Source: Eledone cirrhosa
Lineage: Eukaryota
Assembly (NCBI GenBank): GCA_964016885.1
Contig: OZ024743.1
Location: 288,548,001-288,612,000 of the forward strand
Direction of reading: 5' to 3'
DNA: 64,000 nt
The position numbers and the translations under genes were made by a program. Shown in pieces: positions 58,925 through 64,000 of this stretch (the first letter of the stretch is position 1; every line of letters begins with the position of its first letter). Below the pieces are notes generated by a model. It searched no databases, was not told the origin of the DNA, and worked only from the letters and a program-made list of their open reading frames with translations.

Positions 58925-59210
58925 GATTTCTTTATCAGCCACACAGGGCTAACATTAAGGAAACATTAAAGATGATACAAGACGATATAGTGAGGGCTTT
59001 TCTTTGTGTAAAATAAAATTTATAAAAGAGACTAAGAAAAACATTTAAAACAAACATAACTTCCCCAAAATTGAGGAGACTCTAAGGGTCTCTCGTGTAG
59101 AAATCTCACAAATGCCACGGTCACCCAGTCCGCTAGGGCAAAGTGCCCTCTCCCAGTCTTTCTAATCCAATCTACAGCCGTATCCTCAAGCCGAGCCCAT
59201 TTACACAATA
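58925..59210 (-). mobile_element. LINE 3' end (same family as 50270)
   Basis: Minus strand ends agccctgtgtggctgataaagaaatc. Confidence 0.45.
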
Positions 59211-59231
59211 ATTTGAAAATGTTGAAAATGT

Positions 59232-59622
59232 TGAAAATCGCGTTAGAAAATCGGGTAAACTTCCATTAGAGACATACATAAAATACATGTAAAATACATG
59301 TACAGCAGCCACTACATAAAATCGAAGTCCGTAACTCTTGAATTCCGGCCCAGTGTGTTATCCAATACGCTAAGTGGTATTTGACAACATTTTCTTTCCA
59401 AATTAAAATCTAATCGCAAGATATGTTTACTCCAGCTTTAGCCTCTACAAATTATTATATAATTTCTAATTTGGACAGAAAATATTGCCAGCTGCCACTT
59501 AGCGTAGTGGTTGATACGCTTTGCCGGAGTTCAAGAGATACGGAGTTGGATTCTCTATAGTGTTGTAGGCCGCATTGTTCTGTCTCTAAAATAAGTTTAC
59601 CCGATGTTCTAACGATATTTCA
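59232..59622. repeat. Old diverged inverted repeat with outward-facing tRNA-like heads
   Basis: Arms at about 59232-59408 and 59462-59622 align by eye (e.g. cgttagaaaatcgggtaaactt / aagtttacccgatgttctaacg). The right arm has the D-arm GCGT-AGTGGTTGAT-ACGC; the left arm (minus strand) keeps TTCGATT. Confidence 0.7.
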
Positions 59623-59988
59623 GCGATGTTGTGTTTAGAATTTAAAGTTTTTAAATTTCAATCATCTAAACGCTTCGATAAACCGTAATGCTAATAACAA
59701 TTTGTTTATTGTCCACCCAACAACGGCGACGACAATTCACAGTTTTAGAGCCAGTGGCGATGAACAAAATAACAAATTTTATGTTTTTTTCTTGTTTTAA
59801 TTTCGCCAGTGTCTGGTTGTAAACATTTAACGAAATACCTATTTGTTAATCAACAGATGTTACTTGTATATAGGGGCGAATTGGCAGTGTCGTTAGGTAC
59901 CGGGTTAAAAGTTCCTTGGTCTTCAAATCGTCTGTAATAAAGTGCCAGTCGAGTACTGGGTTTGTTTCTTTCTCTTGTTCAAGAAACC

Positions 59989-60073
<85 letters not shown>

Positions 60074-60843
60074 TTTTTCATTCGAAGAAATTGGTTGTTT
60101 CCACTTTGAGAGGAGTGGCCTCCAAATGGGTAAAAATGCCTAAGATACACTGTGTGCCATATCAATAGCTAATGTCCATTTGTCTTTGTTGTCTTTGTTA
60201 ATGTCGATAATATATCAACTCCAGATCCAAAGAATAAATATTCGGTGTTTCGATAGTATTGTTACTAAAATACTGAACATGTCTTATTACATATACTCTA
60301 TGATAATTTGAATGATATTCCGTTAATCAGTTTTTGACAGTTTGCTCATGATTGACCATGGGTATGTAACTGGAAAGTTCCAGTCATAAGTATAAACCTT
60401 GGCAAGGTTTTCCTTGTGTTAAACTAGCAGCTGCCCATGCATGCTAATCTCTTCTCTCTACGATATAGATGTTGTCTAAGGGTAGGGCAAAGACCAAAAC
60501 AACTTGACACCAGGGTCAACGCAAATCCTTTTTCCAGCTGTGAGGAATGGAGCAACGTGAAATAAATTACTTGATCAAGGATACAACGCCCCAACTTTAC
60601 CACTATGAGCTCAAAACCATAACCCCGAAAGCACGCATCTCATAACTTGTTCTGAAGAGGTGGTTGTGAAGGTCGAGAAACACTAATAGACTTACATGAA
60701 CTTACGGATTTATAATTGCCAAGCAATATAAAGAAATCCTGAGAATATAGGAAAATCCTTGTGTTTTTAATACAATATGTTTGAAAGAAAAGCTATGGTA
60801 CATACACACATATACACGCATAATATATGTATATAATATAATC

Positions 60844-60935
<92 letters not shown>

Positions 60936-61495
60936 TATAGATATGTATATGCACATATTTTTTTATATTTATGTAATTACATTTAAATACACTTTCACAT
61001 ATAAATGTATACATACATACATATATACATATATACATACAGACATAAATAGACATACACATACATAAAAAGAAACTCATTTGCGGTACATAGACGTACA
61101 ATATGCGTGTGTGTATGTTTGCCTAAAATAATCCTAAAGAGTTTCCCTGGAGACCATTTTCTTTTCGTTCTCATTTTCAAGCAGTGTTTTTTTATTCTCT
61201 CATTGGTGTAGATACAATTCCTTACATAATACCAACTGCATTCTGACCTCCTTAGATATTAGTTTTCTTATTAAACAAACATTTAACCTTGGTTTGAATA
61301 ATTTTCTTTATACATATATATATATATATATATATATGACAAACACTTAAAGAAGCGCGGTCACAAAACCTTACCCATATATAGTAACAAACGCAGACAC
61401 AGACACACACTTACAGTTATTCGCCCATATATCATATATATATATATATATATACATACATATAAACCCATACATATGTACATACATACACACAG

Positions 61496-61548
<53 letters not shown>

Positions 61549-61852
61549 CACACACATATGTACATTCATATATATTTATATGATTATATATATATGTGTG
61601 TGTGTATCCATAAACACACGCATATATACACAGATATAGATTTACATATATATGACTATCTTAATATCGAGATATGTATGTGTATATGTATGGTTCTGTG
61701 TGTGTCTACATTATGCTGAAAGAGAGAAACGTAAAACCGAGTATATATTGAAATTCAATACACACACAAAGAAAACTACATATATATATATGCATTAATA
61801 TATACACATATACATACACATATGTATATATGCATGCATACATATATATACG

Positions 61853-61919
<67 letters not shown>

Positions 61920-62016
61920 TACCGAAGATTTGGTTCCCATCAAACCTATTATTCCCATGAATATTCCCTACCCCACCGACAGTCTTTCTCAAAGCTGACA
62001 TTCACCCTGCATGACA

Positions 62017-62072
<56 letters not shown>

Positions 62073-62279
62073 ATATGTGTGTGTATGTGTATGTGTGTGC
62101 GTGTGTAAGTATCATATCTTTCATTAGACCGATGATTATCCGTGTTTCCTTGATGTTAAGCGACTGAGATTAAAAGACGCAACTCTAGGGTGGATGCTTG
62201 TCCATCACCGGATTAACCTCCCCATTTACGAGTAATCGAACCATCTATATTATGGCCAAAAGTCAACGCGCATTCATAA

Positions 62280-63090
62280 TTTGAAGGGAAAGGAAAAGTC
62301 GATTAAATTAATCCAAGTGCCTTACTAGTGCTATTATTTATCGACACCATAAGGATGAAAGGAAAAGCTAACTTCGACGGCATTTGAACTCAGAAGGTAA
62401 GGGCCGTAGCACTACCAGCACTTTCAATTCACCACGCTTCAATAATTAGATAATAAAACGTGCTTTCGAGTCAAAGCCAAAGTACTTTAAAAAAATTGTT
62501 TCTTCTATTGGCACAAGGACAGCAATTACAGTACATTACTGGTACTTTATTTTATCGACTCCGTAAGGATGAAAGGCAAAGTTAACCTCGGCGGGATTTG
62601 AACTCAGAATGGCAAGGGCCGTAACTCTATGCGTCAAAGCATGGTGCCGACCCTCTACCGATACTGCCAATCTACCTGTATAGGCACAAGGCCAGTAATT
62701 TGGGGTGGGGGTGGGGTGGAGGCTGGGGGGTTTAGGGGGGGAAGTCTATTACTGAAGGGAAAGGAAAAGTCGATTAAATAGATCAAAGTGCATTACTGGT
62801 GCTTTATTTTATCGACCCCATAAGGATGAAAGGCAAAGCTAAACTTGGCAGGATTTGAACTCAGAACGTAAAGGGCCATAGCTCAATACCGACGCGCTAC
62901 TGATTCTACGAATCCACCGCCCTAATTATGAAAAATAATAATGATAATAATAATAATTGTTTCTAGTTTTGGCACAAGGCTAGCAATTATCCCAATGTAT
63001 TACTGGTACTTTATTTTATCGACCCCGTAAGGATGAAAGGCAAAATTAACCTCGGCGGGATTTGAACTCAGTCCGTAAAAGGGCGTAAAT
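62280..63090 (-). mobile_element. Tandem array of four family-A SINEs
   Basis: taaggatgaaagg core at about 62350, 62563, 62821 and 63027, alternating long and short 3' variants. Confidence 0.88.
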
Positions 63091-63355
63091 AATAATTTAA
63101 AAAACTAACATCTCCGAAAGCAACAACAGTAACAACAGCAACATCACCACCAACCACAGCAATAACAACAACAGCAGTTACAATAATAGTGGCAGCAAGT
63201 GATTAGTTGCAGCAGCAGGAAGCAGCGTCAACTGCAAATGCAGCAGCAAGAGCGATTCTATTAACAAGGCAGAGAGAGAGCGGCAACCAATGGCGGCAAT
63301 TCTGAAATCTGATTGACACTTGCACATATTTAATGGCATTAGTCGACGACGGCCG

Positions 63356-63655
63356 GGTGGCGGCGGTGGAGCAGGTGGTGGTGGTGGTGGTGGTGGTGGT
63401 TGTGGTGGTGGTGGAGTTGGTGGTGGCGGTGGTGGAGTTGGTGGTGGCCTTGGAGCTGGTGGTGGTGGAGCTGGTGGAGCTGGTGGTGCTGGTGGCGGCG
63501 GCGGCGGCGGTGGAGCTGGTGGTGGCGGCGGCGGTTGAGCTGGTGGTGGTGGTGGTGGAGCTGGTGGTGGAAGTGGAGCTGGAGGTGGTGGTGACGGCGG
63601 TGGAGCTGGTGGCGGTGGAGCTGGTGGTGGTGGCGGTGGTGGAGCTGGTGGGTGT
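63356..63655. repeat. (GGT/GGC/GGA GCT)n low-complexity tract
   Basis: Explains the Gly-, His-, Trp- and Thr-rich ORFs. Confidence 0.85.
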
Positions 63656-64000
63656 CGGCAGAGGCGATATGGGGGGAAGTAACAATTAAGAGTTTGTTAA
63701 TTGCGACACATGGGGTCCCCAATTTAAACATAAACTAATGGAAATACCGTCAACACTCCCACCACCACAAACACTAATACTCCCCCCACCGCCACATACT
63801 GTTCAGTTGTTTAGTTATTTCTATTTATTTCCTGTTTTGCTTCCTACTCTCATTTCTAAATTGGAAATGTTACTGAGACTCTTCCCACCCATCTCTCTCT
63901 GTCTCTTTATACACACAATCACATACAGAGACAGACACACGTATACATACACCCGCATGCACGCATACACAAACACATACACACGCATACTCGTATACAC

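Noticed and set aside
63203-63731. His-, Gly- or Thr-rich ORFs as an ARID3 N-terminal exon
   Set aside because: Triplet low complexity with no convincing splice donor or ARID3 motif; not fully excludable without RNA data.

Overview
Eukaryotic, very AT-rich, microsatellite-saturated DNA that looks like an octopus (coleoid cephalopod) genome; the taxon is inferred from repeat content and was not checked. Almost all ORFs in the supplied track are read-throughs of (TA)n, (CA)n, (GA)n or (CCA)n repeats and are not genes. The one clear coding signal is a 73-nt minus-strand exon (10360-10432, [25 protein letters not shown]) of an ARID3/dead ringer transcription factor. A candidate in-frame 30-nt micro-exon (15523-15552) lies 5 kb upstream of it, so much of the window is probably intronic. 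The rest is about 20 copies of one tRNA-derived SINE family, other SINEs, decayed RTE, L1/Tx1-like, R4-like and Penelope-like fragments, hAT-type ends and minimal hammerhead-ribozyme-like motifs. The most unusual structure is a set of nine fold-back palindromes, most abutting (TA)n tracts. Three of them carry tRNA-like heads at the centre; in one family this is a complete 72-nt cloverleaf followed by a T5 Pol III terminator. All alignments and folds were made by eye.
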